A stretch of DNA of 22,230 bases, taken from IMG/VR virus record IMGVR_UViG_3300029567_000333, positions 1-22,230 of that record; one strand, written 5' to 3'. This DNA comes from a virus (taxonomy: Duplodnaviria; Heunggongvirae; Uroviricota; Caudoviricetes). Numbering within the stretch: the first letter of the stretch is position 1; each line of letters begins with the position of its first letter. A model generated the notes under the pieces. That model made no database searches and was not told where the DNA came from. It was given only the letters and a program-made list of their open reading frames with translations. Positions 1 through 7,950 of this stretch are shown here, one piece after another. The position numbers and the translations under genes are program-made.

Positions 1-9
1 TCACTCTGC

Positions 10-32
10 CAGATGGCGCAATGCCATCTGGT
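10..32. repeat. perfect 9-bp inverted repeat CCAGATGGC-gcaat-GCCATCTGG
   Basis: Read directly from the sequence. No T-run follows on either strand, so it is not a canonical intrinsic terminator. Function unknown. Confidence 0.5.
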
Positions 33-251
33 ATCACTTAAAGGTATTAAAAACAACTTTTTGTCTTTTTACCTTCCCGTTTCGCTCAAGTTAGTATAAA
101 AAAGCTGAACGTGAAACATTAAAAACCATTAATATCAATGTGTTACAATATCTTTAGTCTAAAAAATAGACTACATAATGCTACAAAACACAACATATCC
201 AGTCACTATGAATCAACCACTTAGATAGTATTAGTGACCTGAGACAGAGCA

Positions 252-291
252 TTAGCGCAAGGTGATTTTTGTCTTCTTGCGCTAATTTTTT
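252..291 (+). terminator. candidate rho-independent terminator, plus strand
   Basis: TTAGCGCAAG (252-261) pairs with CTTGCGCTAA (276-285) and is followed by TTTTTT (286-291). The 14-nt loop is long, so strength is uncertain. No plus-strand ORF lies upstream inside the window. Confidence 0.35.
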
Positions 292-423
292 GTCAAACAC
301 ATTACGTCGTTTGCTGAATTTACAACCATGCTCAGTATTTCGATAAGCGCAGAGAAATGATGCAGTGGTGGGCGGACTGGATTGATGAAAAAGTTGAGTG
401 ATCCACCTTAGCTATCGAATGAC

Positions 424-455
424 ACAAAGCCTTGTAATCCATTACAAAGCTTTGT
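424..455. repeat. nested palindromic element downstream of the tail fibre assembly gene
   Basis: ACAAAGC occurs twice (424-430 and 444-450). ACAAAGCTTTGT (444-455) is a perfect 12-bp palindrome. CTTGTAAT-cc-ATTACAA forms an inverted repeat between them. Confidence 0.4.
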
Positions 456-485
456 TTGTCTCAGTTTTGTCCTGTGCGCCGGATG

Positions 486-1100
486 TCATCTGGCCTGAAC
501 TGCCGGAGGCGTAGGCCATTCAATATCTGGCGCGGTGCTGGTATCTGTTGCCGTCACCGCGTCAATGTAATCCAGCACAGTGTTAAGGCGGGTTGTTTCT
601 GCCTGCGTCAGCTTCCGTCCGGCCTGTAATTTCAGTTGAATCAGACTGATGGAGGCCATTGCAGTATCAATCAGCGACTGGCGCTGTGCTTCTGCTGCAT
701 CTACTGCTGCGCCGTGCTGTGCCTCAGTATCGGTCACCCATTTCTCACCATCCCATTTATCGTATGGCGTTAATGGGGCGATAGTGGTTGTATTTTTCGG
801 GTAGTCACCCAGCGTCGTGATTTCTTCGGTGTTTCCCGTGTCAGTGTTGTAGACGGTTTCACCACGATGGTCTGGCACATATTCCCATGAGTTTAAATCT
901 GCCGAACGGCAGATTGCATAACCAGCCTTATGTGTCCCAGGAGCATCTAAACAAGAACATGCCGGGATACCGACGCCGACAGCGAGATATTCAGTTGATG
1001 TAGAAATATATTCCCGCGTTTCACCATCATAATTATAAATGATAATGTCTCCCGCTTTTATGGCAATGAGTTTACTATTTAATACAGCTTTATTCATCAT
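486..1100 (-). CDS. tfa: tail fibre assembly protein (Tfa/gpU-like chaperone)
   Basis: 204 aa. C-terminal half (YDKWDGEKW...AEAQRQSLIDTAMASISLIQLKLQAGRKLTQAETTRLNTVLDYIDAV...APDIEWPTPP) has the pattern I recognise from Mu/lambda-type tail fibre assembly proteins. GAGGG Shine-Dalgarno about 5 nt before the ATG at 1100. Sits immediately 3' of the tail fibre gene. Confidence 0.85.
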   Translation of the reverse strand: MMNKAVLNSKLIAIKAGDIIIYNYDGETREYISTSTEYLAVGVGIPACSCLDAPGTHKAGYAICRSADLNSWEYVPDHRGETVYNTDTGNTEEITTLGDYPKNTTTIAPLTPYDKWDGEKWVTDTEAQHGAAVDAAEAQRQSLIDTAMASISLIQLKLQAGRKLTQAETTRLNTVLDYIDAVTATDTSTAPDIEWPTPPAVQAR

Positions 1101-1964
1101 ACGGCCCTCACAATATAATTAAAGGTGATGTTACGTGGACGATTTTCATTTGCTGTTGGAACAACTTTGGAAGCGTCAAAAGTGGCGTAAGCATTCGCCC
1201 CAGTTCCTGCTATTGGGTTTTGTTTATTCGATGACGATGGCCCAAGAGAAAAAACTCCCGAAGCGTAAGTCAGGAGGCCATCGGCATAAACACCAACATT
1301 ACCAGTAATGTTTCGAATAGCATCTCCTTGCGATGAAAGCAGAGTTCGCCCNNNNNNNNNNNNNNNNNNNNCGTTCATCATCCCAGCCACGAATAAACTC
1401 ACCACGTAAATCAGGCAATTTATTTGTCGGGTAAACTTTTGCCAGTTCAGGGTATTCTTCAGCAGAAAAAGCTGCACCATTGCATTTCAGCCAGCCTGTT
1501 GGAGGAGTGGCTGAAGGCCACGGAACAGGCACCCCAACCGGTAATGCAGAGCCTTCCCCCAAACCAAGGTATGAAAGAACATCTTTCCACCCGGCACCAT
1601 TGCTGTTTGGATCAGATAGATTTCCTTCTGTTGTGTTAATAAATATTCTTTCCCCATCGTCCGAGATGAGCATCGCCCCTGACGGATATCCAGAAATCTC
1701 CGAAGCAAATTCAGAATCAAAAGTATTCAGCGCCCCGGTGCTCGACCATCTCCCCAGAGCAGAAAGTTCGTATAAAATTTGGTTCATATCCTGGCCTTTT
1801 GGCGGCAAACCGCCAGCAGATTTCAGGATCATTGTTATTGGAGGAAACCCCTGTTCATACGATGCTGAGTTATCACCTGCAGGGGTGGTTGGCAATATTG
1901 CCCCTCTCTGTCCATTAACTCCAAATGGCTTAGGTTGTTTTTTAGGTGAGTCAGAACGATTCAT
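1097..1964 (-). CDS. tail fibre protein with phage tail-collar domain; reading frame broken by an assembly gap
   Basis: N-terminal part (ORF 1299-1964) contains the tail-collar motif GWLKCNGAAFSAEEYPELAKVYPTNKLPDLRGEFIRGWDD. After the N-run the C-terminal part continues in another frame (ORF 1097-1480, ...GDAIRNITGNVGVYADG...) and ends 2 nt into the tfa start. The apparent frame change is an artefact of the gap. Confidence 0.8.
1352..1371. other. assembly gap (run of 20 N) inside the tail fibre gene
   Basis: Twenty consecutive n characters in the sequence. True length of the missing segment is unknown. Confidence 0.99.
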
Positions 1965-1966
1965 GC

Positions 1967-2605
1967 TTAATTCCTATAAAATGTGCCGTCATTAAATGGA
2001 TATGCATCTGTAGCAAAACCAAAGTATGGGCTTACAATTTGTTTGATATTTACCTGAACTCCACTTGGTACAGGAGTCACATCGTAATTTGTTAAAATCG
2101 ATTCTTCGTAGGGAGCAAGTGAGAACTCAAAATTTATACCAATGGTCATATCTCTGTAATTGACACAATATGCTCTGCCTCGTTGATAAAAAAGTATTTT
2201 AAGAAATTTATTTATATCAGGAATGGTTGCCACACTGATGTTAGCAAAAGCCTTGCAGAGTATTAATGTTCTGTAAGCGTCATCCCCGAGCCTGACATTT
2301 GTTGTTTCCTGCACGCCACCATAAAAAGGAGAATCATTAAATGGTGAAGGATAATCAGTGCCTCCATCGTCAGCCTCACTAAACCCAAATGAGTCACTGT
2401 CAATTGAAGCGACAATGTATCTGCTTATACCTACTATTTTCCCCCACATATCAAGGCCAAAAGATTCACACGTTGTCAAATCCCATACCTTTTTGATGAA
2501 TTCATCTGTGAAGTCATCGAGGCTTACCGCCTGATTAAAAGTGTCAATGATAGATAATAATTTTTTGCTTGCCGAGTATTGGGTAAGAATTGTGTCTTCC
2601 CACAT
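1967..2605 (-). CDS. putative baseplate / tail-fibre attachment protein
   Basis: 212-aa ORF between the baseplate J-like gene and the tail fibre gene, where Mu-like and P2-like tail modules carry a baseplate protein. Call is positional only. Confidence 0.5.
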   Translation of the reverse strand: MWEDTILTQYSASKKLLSIIDTFNQAVSLDDFTDEFIKKVWDLTTCESFGLDMWGKIVGISRYIVASIDSDSFGFSEADDGGTDYPSPFNDSPFYGGVQETTNVRLGDDAYRTLILCKAFANISVATIPDINKFLKILFYQRGRAYCVNYRDMTIGINFEFSLAPYEESILTNYDVTPVPSGVQVNIKQIVSPYFGFATDAYPFNDGTFYRN

Positions 2606-2615
2606 ACCGCTCCCC

Positions 2616-2870
2616 CTACGATAATGTAACAGTGATATCTGATTCCTGAATGGTTGGAACCTGGTCTATGCCCATAGTCACAGCAGGTCCGTATAGTGAA
2701 CCATCTATGGAAACTTCAAGAGACAAAATTCCAACTGTATCAGGAGATATTGAAATAACAGGGGCATAGTATTTACCAGCATTTATCGTCGAACCAATTC
2801 GTGACTTTCCAATACCCTCATACCCTCCATTGAACACAGTGACAATCATTTCCTTGTTTAGTAATATCAC
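2616..2870 (-). CDS. small hypothetical ORF overlapping the 3' end of the J-like gene
   Basis: 84-codon frame that overlaps the upstream gene by 53 nt. No well-spaced Shine-Dalgarno: AAGGAA abuts the internal ATG and the GTG start has none. A CCCCC run sits at the frame junction. Could be a separate small gene or a frameshifted tail of the J-like gene. Confidence 0.3.
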   Translation of the reverse strand: MILLNKEMIVTVFNGGYEGIGKSRIGSTINAGKYYAPVISISPDTVGILSLEVSIDGSLYGPAVTMGIDQVPTIQESDITVTLS

Positions 2871-3840
2871 TTGGGGGATTTAGTGAAGCATCGACATTTA
2901 CCTTAAAGTAAACCCGCGTAGGTGATGCCTTTTGCCATTGCATTACATAAGATGGATATGGCGGCATGTAATTAACGTTATCGTAAACAGTGAACGTTGT
3001 ATTACCATTCATATTGGCGCCGGGGTTATAAGTATTGAATATTGACTCGGCAACATCCGTATCAGCCCCGCCATAAACACAAATATAAACAGAATGCGCA
3101 AGAATCGGGAAATTCGTTGTTCCTTTATTTACTGTTTCTGCAGTTCTGTTTGACCATACGTAAGCATCAAGCACACCATCAGTCGCAAGTAACGCTGCTA
3201 ATGTAGATGCGTCCTGATTTCGACTGTTTCTGGCAACTGATTGTCTCCGGCGAGTTTCAAAGGCGATACGTGATTCAACATCAACACCAACGACTCCAGG
3301 GCTAATATTATTTACAGCATCCCACCCGGAAACGGCTCGATAAATCTGGTTCAGTGAACCGGCGGCACACGGAATCGGCCCGGTTGTTGTGTTGACAAAC
3401 TGCACATCAACAGAGCCTGATGAGGGTATTACAGCATTATCAATTGACTGATATATATACCCGCTCGTATCCACAGCGGTACTCCCTGCTGGTATTGTTG
3501 TTCCAACCTGACCAATGCATGTTGCTGTAACAACTGTCCCCTGAGCAGCGATCCGCTCCATAAAGTAAATCCGACCAATCCCGTCCTGGAATCTGCCAGT
3601 TGAGAAGTCAGGGTTAATTTGATTAAACAAACAAAGAAGTTTGTCGTATTCCTGAGCAATAATTTCAGTGTCAGACTGTGCGATCTGCCCTTGCGGTGAA
3701 CTCAGTGATTGACTAGCACCACCGCCAAGAGCCGTTGACATGTCTGTAAGTCTTCCCGCCAGCACATCCGCTATGTCGGGAACTGAAAGACCGTTTTCAG
3801 TGATGGTTACATCAGGAACAGCCGTATTTAATATCGTCAT
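2818..3840 (-). CDS. baseplate J-like protein
   Basis: 340 aa. Follows a W-like small protein and precedes the fibre genes. Start overlaps the upstream stop (ATGA). Assigned from size and gene order. Confidence 0.55.
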   Translation of the reverse strand: MTILNTAVPDVTITENGLSVPDIADVLAGRLTDMSTALGGGASQSLSSPQGQIAQSDTEIIAQEYDKLLCLFNQINPDFSTGRFQDGIGRIYFMERIAAQGTVVTATCIGQVGTTIPAGSTAVDTSGYIYQSIDNAVIPSSGSVDVQFVNTTTGPIPCAAGSLNQIYRAVSGWDAVNNISPGVVGVDVESRIAFETRRRQSVARNSRNQDASTLAALLATDGVLDAYVWSNRTAETVNKGTTNFPILAHSVYICVYGGADTDVAESIFNTYNPGANMNGNTTFTVYDNVNYMPPYPSYVMQWQKASPTRVYFKVNVDASLNPPSDITKQGNDCHCVQWRV

Positions 3841-4196
3841 AAGGTGGCCTGTGCAATATTACCATTGATATCTGTAACGCGGATTGTGCCGCGAGTTGTG
3901 CGTGTATTCTTGTCAAAGAAAACTGATGCCAGAGCATCCTCAACGACGGGTAATTTGAGTGCTTCAGCCTGCATTTTCTGAGCAATAAAACCAGGAGATG
4001 GTCGCCTGCCAAGAACTTCTGCCTTCCATGGGATCCCAAGTGTATTGTCGTAATAACACTCTCCTGAAAACACCAGGCACGCACTGGCGACATCCTGAGC
4101 AACAGAATATGATTCTTCTGCGATCGCCAGATTGCCATTTCCGTCAAGCGTCAAGTCCCACGTAGAAGTGTCCAGTTGCATAGTTCTGTATGTCAT
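3837..4196 (-). CDS. small baseplate protein (gpW/gp25-like by position)
   Basis: 119 aa, translationally coupled on both sides (ATGA overlaps). Sits between the spike-like and J-like genes. Confidence 0.45.
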   Translation of the reverse strand: MTYRTMQLDTSTWDLTLDGNGNLAIAEESYSVAQDVASACLVFSGECYYDNTLGIPWKAEVLGRRPSPGFIAQKMQAEALKLPVVEDALASVFFDKNTRTTRGTIRVTDINGNIAQATL

Positions 4197-4885
4197 GTCG
4201 GTTTATCCGTTGCATTGGAATTTATTGTTGACCCACCACTTTGTACTCCTGAAACAGAATGTTTGTGATTGTTATAGTTGTCCCTTAAATTTTTAACAGT
4301 AGATGACTGTGAACTTGCGTTATCCTGAATATCACCGCTAACTTTAAGTAAAGGAGTATTCATGTTGACCCCATTAGGAGCATCAATATTTAACGATGAA
4401 CATTTAATATTTAGTGGGTTAGGTGTGGTTATGTTTATTGCACCATCAGCAAATTCAATGAATTGAGTAGGTGCAATATTTAATACCCCACCAAGATAAA
4501 TTGCATCAGATTTACTGTGTCGCCTTTTGCTTCCAGGTACTGATTCTTTACGATTTTTTCTTACCAGTGATGTGTCTTTGTCGCAGACAGCAATCAGACC
4601 AATATCACCTGCCACAGGGTCCATAATTACAGCACTGTTGCCTCTCTGCAACCGCCATACAGGAATATCATATAAAACCGAGTTAGAAATCATTTTTCCT
4701 GTACGGTCTGTTCTGGTTAGTAAAGGAAGAGCGTCAACAACTAAATCCGGTGCTTCCCCCCTGACTTCATGAACTATCGCTAACTCAATGAAGAAATATC
4801 CAGACATCATCATCTCAAAAATATATTCCTGAGATTGAGCCTCACTTACCTGAGCAGTCGTTGGAGTAAATAGTTGCTTATCCAT
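4193..4885 (-). CDS. baseplate spike / gpV-like protein (start moved to the internal ATG at 4885)
   Basis: The ORF-track N-terminus overlaps the upstream gene by 100 nt. The internal ATG (MDKQLF...) overlaps the upstream stop by only 8 nt. Contains VWRLQRGNSAVIMDPVAGDIGLIAV, reminiscent of spike proteins. Confidence 0.45.
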   Translation of the reverse strand: MDKQLFTPTTAQVSEAQSQEYIFEMMMSGYFFIELAIVHEVRGEAPDLVVDALPLLTRTDRTGKMISNSVLYDIPVWRLQRGNSAVIMDPVAGDIGLIAVCDKDTSLVRKNRKESVPGSKRRHSKSDAIYLGGVLNIAPTQFIEFADGAINITTPNPLNIKCSSLNIDAPNGVNMNTPLLKVSGDIQDNASSQSSTVKNLRDNYNNHKHSVSGVQSGGSTINSNATDKPT

Positions 4886-5759
4886 TATTCTGTTGCGCCT
4901 CTGCTCTTTGTTCCGCTGTTCTGGCGGCAATACATATTGAGTGCCATGAACCATTTGGCATCCATGATGATAATTCATGCCGAACGGAGGTTAACTTATA
5001 CCTTCCGCTTGCATGTGGTAGTTCTGTTTTGATATCCACATATCTTCCAATGCAAAGGAGAGATGAATATTGCGACTGAAACATCAGTCCCCCATTTGAA
5101 AATACAGGATATCCAACAAGTCCGTATTCTCTGGATATAAACGGAATTACATCGTCTCTGTTTTTTTCTGAAGGCCAGAACTCTACTTTTGTCGGTGGCG
5201 TGGCTGACATCGCAAGTCCATAATCTGAACAGACCCTATAAAGTTGTTCAAAAACACTTCCTTCAAAATGCGGACTTCCTGATGTTGTCATCCCTTTTAC
5301 ATTATTAAACACAGCCTCATAACCTGCACTTGCACAAATGGATGAGATGACATCTTCAACACTTTGCGCACCCTGCGCTGTAAACGGACTTGCTGGCATG
5401 TTCTGTAAATCAACATTAGAAGAGGCTGTTATCATCAAACTGCTTTCAGGAGCAGAATTCATGTTTGCTATTGATGAAAGCATCGTGCCGGAGAAAACAA
5501 GAGAATCATCAGCAAATACCTCAACATTTAACTTCTGACCTTCCCCAACAATACCATCAGCCTTCCCTGATATATCAGCAAGTCTTTCAATTCCTAAGCC
5601 GTAAAGAGATATATCAGCCTGAGCACCTCCCCGACCGGTAACAAAGTTCAGGGATACTGTTGACTTAACATTTCTGATGGAGATTTTATTGTTTCCATTT
5701 TTATCAAATGCTGATGATTCATTCGTGAAGTCAAACCGAAGACTGTGATTTTTATACAA
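4878..5759 (-). CDS. baseplate protein, probably initiating at TTG 5759
   Basis: No in-frame ATG or GTG follows the upstream stop until codon about 128. A TTG at 5759-5757 has a GAGGAA Shine-Dalgarno 8 nt upstream and overlaps the upstream TAA. The sequence before it in this frame (MDLRETLFSLITMGSRTRNGKAW...) does not look protein-like. Alternative ATG starts at 5831 or 5867 cannot be excluded. Confidence 0.4.
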   Translation of the reverse strand: MYKNHSLRFDFTNESSAFDKNGNNKISIRNVKSTVSLNFVTGRGGAQADISLYGLGIERLADISGKADGIVGEGQKLNVEVFADDSLVFSGTMLSSIANMNSAPESSLMITASSNVDLQNMPASPFTAQGAQSVEDVISSICASAGYEAVFNNVKGMTTSGSPHFEGSVFEQLYRVCSDYGLAMSATPPTKVEFWPSEKNRDDVIPFISREYGLVGYPVFSNGGLMFQSQYSSLLCIGRYVDIKTELPHASGRYKLTSVRHELSSWMPNGSWHSICIAARTAEQRAEAQQNNG

Positions 5760-6054
5760 GCTCGTTTTCCTCAATGTAATACAGCAAGTAACGGCCACCC
5801 AAGCCTTCCCATTGCGGGTCCGACTCCCCATCGTTATCAATGAAAATAAGGTCTCCCTTAAATCCAAGGTAGGAATATCTTACCATCTTATTCCCATACA
5901 GGCATGGAACGCCCTGCATAATTGGGACTTCATTAACAGTTAAATCCATGTACATAAAACTCTGTCGCTGAACAAGTTTTATATTACATTGCTGACCAGC
6001 CAGACTTACCGAAATGGACTGAGATTTGCTGGGAAGAACAGATACTGTAATCAT
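5752..6054 (-). CDS. small tail/baseplate protein
   Basis: 100 aa. Start overlaps the upstream stop (ATGA). Sits in the distal tail module. Confidence 0.5.
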   Translation of the reverse strand: MITVSVLPSKSQSISVSLAGQQCNIKLVQRQSFMYMDLTVNEVPIMQGVPCLYGNKMVRYSYLGFKGDLIFIDNDGESDPQWEGLGGRYLLYYIEENELV

Positions 6055-6866
6055 GTGCTCGCCTTAACTATATTTTTTGCAATATCTGCCGCTTTTTTTG
6101 TTGCGCTGTTTGTAACTTCGAGTATTGGTTTGGACACCGTATCAAGAGCACTCTGAAATTCAGTCTTGATTGTGTCGGAGATTTTTCCAGTGATGTCGCC
6201 AACAGATGACTTCAGTGATGACCATGATTTACTTAGCTCATCGACAGTAGATTCCCTGGCTCCGCCATTGGTTATTTGCGGATCAACTCCTACATCTCCC
6301 TGTGACTTATTGTTATCCGTTGGCTTCTGTTCTGACTGAGATCCAGAGAGGATAACCTCCATTTGCTGAATGACCTCCTGAAAATCAAGATAAACCGTCA
6401 GAAGAGTCACCCCTTTTTGAGAGTTAACTTCGTAATAGTGGTCAACAAGGTCGAAACTCTCCAGAGTTTCCTTTGGCGTTTCAATATCGTATGTTTTTGC
6501 AGAGGACAGCATCGTTTTGATTGTGTTCAGCGTGCTGTTCTGGCTTGTGAATGTGAGATCGAAAATATTCGGGATATTGCCGGAAAAACCAGTAAGACCA
6601 TTTACGATGATTGCGCATCTTACTCTGGCTGGTTCTTTAACTTTGTTGATGGACTGGTATTTCCCTTTCTCCACCGGAGCATTTGTTATTTGCGCCCTTC
6701 CGCTTGGCTGTACGGATGCCATACCACTGAACTCAAGAGCAACCTCGCCAGTTTCCCTGTCACGAATCACATACTGGGGATGCAGAACGCTGTCGATGAT
6801 CGAAAGCGGAGAGCCACCACCGATAGCATTGAATATGTCTGCTGTGTTTAAATCGATTATGCTCAT
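6051..6866 (-). CDS. tail protein, first gene after the accessory island
   Basis: 271 aa. GGAGAG Shine-Dalgarno before the ATG at 6866. Begins 12 nt 3' of a terminator hairpin. Confidence 0.5.
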   Translation of the reverse strand: MSIIDLNTADIFNAIGGGSPLSIIDSVLHPQYVIRDRETGEVALEFSGMASVQPSGRAQITNAPVEKGKYQSINKVKEPARVRCAIIVNGLTGFSGNIPNIFDLTFTSQNSTLNTIKTMLSSAKTYDIETPKETLESFDLVDHYYEVNSQKGVTLLTVYLDFQEVIQQMEVILSGSQSEQKPTDNNKSQGDVGVDPQITNGGARESTVDELSKSWSSLKSSVGDITGKISDTIKTEFQSALDTVSKPILEVTNSATKKAADIAKNIVKAST

Positions 6867-6884
6867 CTACTCTCCATTAAACAA

Positions 6885-6906
6885 AAACCCAGTCGAAGCT
6901 GGGTTT
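6885..6906 (-). terminator. rho-independent terminator, minus strand
   Basis: AAACCCAG / CTGGGTTT stem with a 6-nt loop. On the minus strand it is followed by TTTTTGTTT. Lies just 3' of the 73-aa gene. Confidence 0.6.
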
Positions 6907-6916
6907 AGTGAATTGG

Positions 6917-7138
6917 CTAGTTATCAAAAAGTCCGTACGTTTCTTCTTCTTCAGGAGTAAGGGGAAGAATCTCAATTCTATCTATAGATACCTTTTCAAT
7001 GTACCCATGAGGTCTGCTTAAAATTAAAGCTCTCTCATGCCACAAAACACCAAGAATGTGATATCTCCCAGCATCGCCTTTTACCCTGGCTCTTCCTTTG
7101 ATTCTTGGCGGCATAATGCCATATTTTTTCTTTGCCAT
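6917..7138 (-). CDS. hypothetical small basic protein (73 aa)
   Basis: Start ATG shares a base with the upstream TAA (TAATG), suggesting translational coupling. No family recognised. Confidence 0.45.
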   Translation of the reverse strand: MAKKKYGIMPPRIKGRARVKGDAGRYHILGVLWHERALILSRPHGYIEKVSIDRIEILPLTPEEEETYGLFDN

Positions 7139-7866
7139 TATGCAACATTACTCCCATGAACCAGGTGTTGTAGTGCTTTAACACCTTCCGCATTGTAGCG
7201 GAATGCTTCCACCTGTTTGCTGGAATGCGCAGATTTATCCAGGAAGAACTTCCCGTACTGCTCAGTTTTGAGGTTGTTTGCGTTAGCAATGCGACCAATC
7301 TTGTTGGCCGTTACTCCAAGCTGCTCTGCAACCTCCCCTGCTGAGTAGTAATGCTCTTCTATTGCTGGAAGAGGTATTGCATTAAAACCAACGATCGGGT
7401 TGATTATGCTTGCTGCCGCAGTCTGCTTTGCTTCCGGCGCAAGATTTGGCATCAAATCGAACAGATTGGTAACAGCTTCAACCGTCATTTTCAATGTTCG
7501 CGCCTGGCGATACTCAACAAGTCCACTAGACGATTTACCGCTTTTAATGTGCGCTTCTTGCATACTTTCAAGTTGGTCTACAAGTGAGCGGCGAACAGCT
7601 TTAGATTCACGAGCAGCCACTCGAAGGGCTTGCTTAATTGACATAACAACTTTTTCAGAAGTTGTCTTGTTTGATTTTTGAACTACGAAAATTTCGTAGT
7701 GCTCACCTTCAAGTTCATCCTTAATGCGTGCAATAAAGTCGTTATTGCGGACTTCTTTTTCCCCGCACTGTCTACGAGCATGATTGACCATCTCTAACAG
7801 GTACTGGCTATCAATGGTTTTATCCGTGACAACGGATCCGATGTTTGCTACATTCTTAAAAGTCAT
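7138..7866 (-). CDS. putative phage regulatory protein (possibly antirepressor-like)
   Basis: 242 aa from the internal ATG at 7866, which has an AAGGA Shine-Dalgarno 7 nt upstream. The longer ORF-track N-terminus would run through a terminator hairpin. Only a weak resemblance to the N-terminal region of phage Rha/antirepressor-type regulators (TIDSQYLLEMVNHARRQCGEKEVRNNDFIARIKDEL); the call rests mainly on position directly downstream of ant. Confidence 0.4.
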   Translation of the reverse strand: MTFKNVANIGSVVTDKTIDSQYLLEMVNHARRQCGEKEVRNNDFIARIKDELEGEHYEIFVVQKSNKTTSEKVVMSIKQALRVAARESKAVRRSLVDQLESMQEAHIKSGKSSSGLVEYRQARTLKMTVEAVTNLFDLMPNLAPEAKQTAAASIINPIVGFNAIPLPAIEEHYYSAGEVAEQLGVTANKIGRIANANNLKTEQYGKFFLDKSAHSSKQVEAFRYNAEGVKALQHLVHGSNVA

Positions 7867-7904
7867 TAGGCATTCCTTATGTGGTAGTAAGGGTGTGACA
7901 TAGG

Positions 7905-7933
7905 CCGCCAGCTGCACACTGGCGGTTTTTTTT
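7905..7933 (+). terminator. rho-independent terminator oriented on the plus strand
   Basis: CCGCCAG-ctgcaca-CTGGCGG (7-bp stem, 7-nt loop) followed by eight T (7926-7933). On the minus strand the hairpin is followed by CCUAUG, not a U-run. Sits between ant and the next minus-strand gene. Confidence 0.6.
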
Positions 7934-7950
7934 CACCACCAGATGCGTCA

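Noticed and set aside
1424-1995. Plus-strand ORFs 1424-1639 and 1480-1995 opposite the tail fibre gene
   Set aside because: They lie antisense to a well-supported minus-strand gene, have no ribosome-binding site, and their products are low-complexity. Shadow ORFs.
3429-4147. Minus-strand ORFs 3429-3659 and 3812-4147 in alternative frames
   Set aside because: Fully embedded in other frames of the J-like and W-like genes. Leu/Arg-rich translations typical of off-frame reading.
6363-6960. Plus-strand ORFs 6363-6851 and 6517-6960 (162 and 147 aa)
   Set aside because: Antisense to the 271-aa tail gene, running into the minus-strand terminator, with no start context. Shadow ORFs.
7867-7917. Longer N-terminus of the regulator-like gene (ORF-track start at 7917)
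   Set aside because: The extension would be translated through the 7905-7933 terminator hairpin and has no Shine-Dalgarno. The internal ATG at 7866 has a good one.
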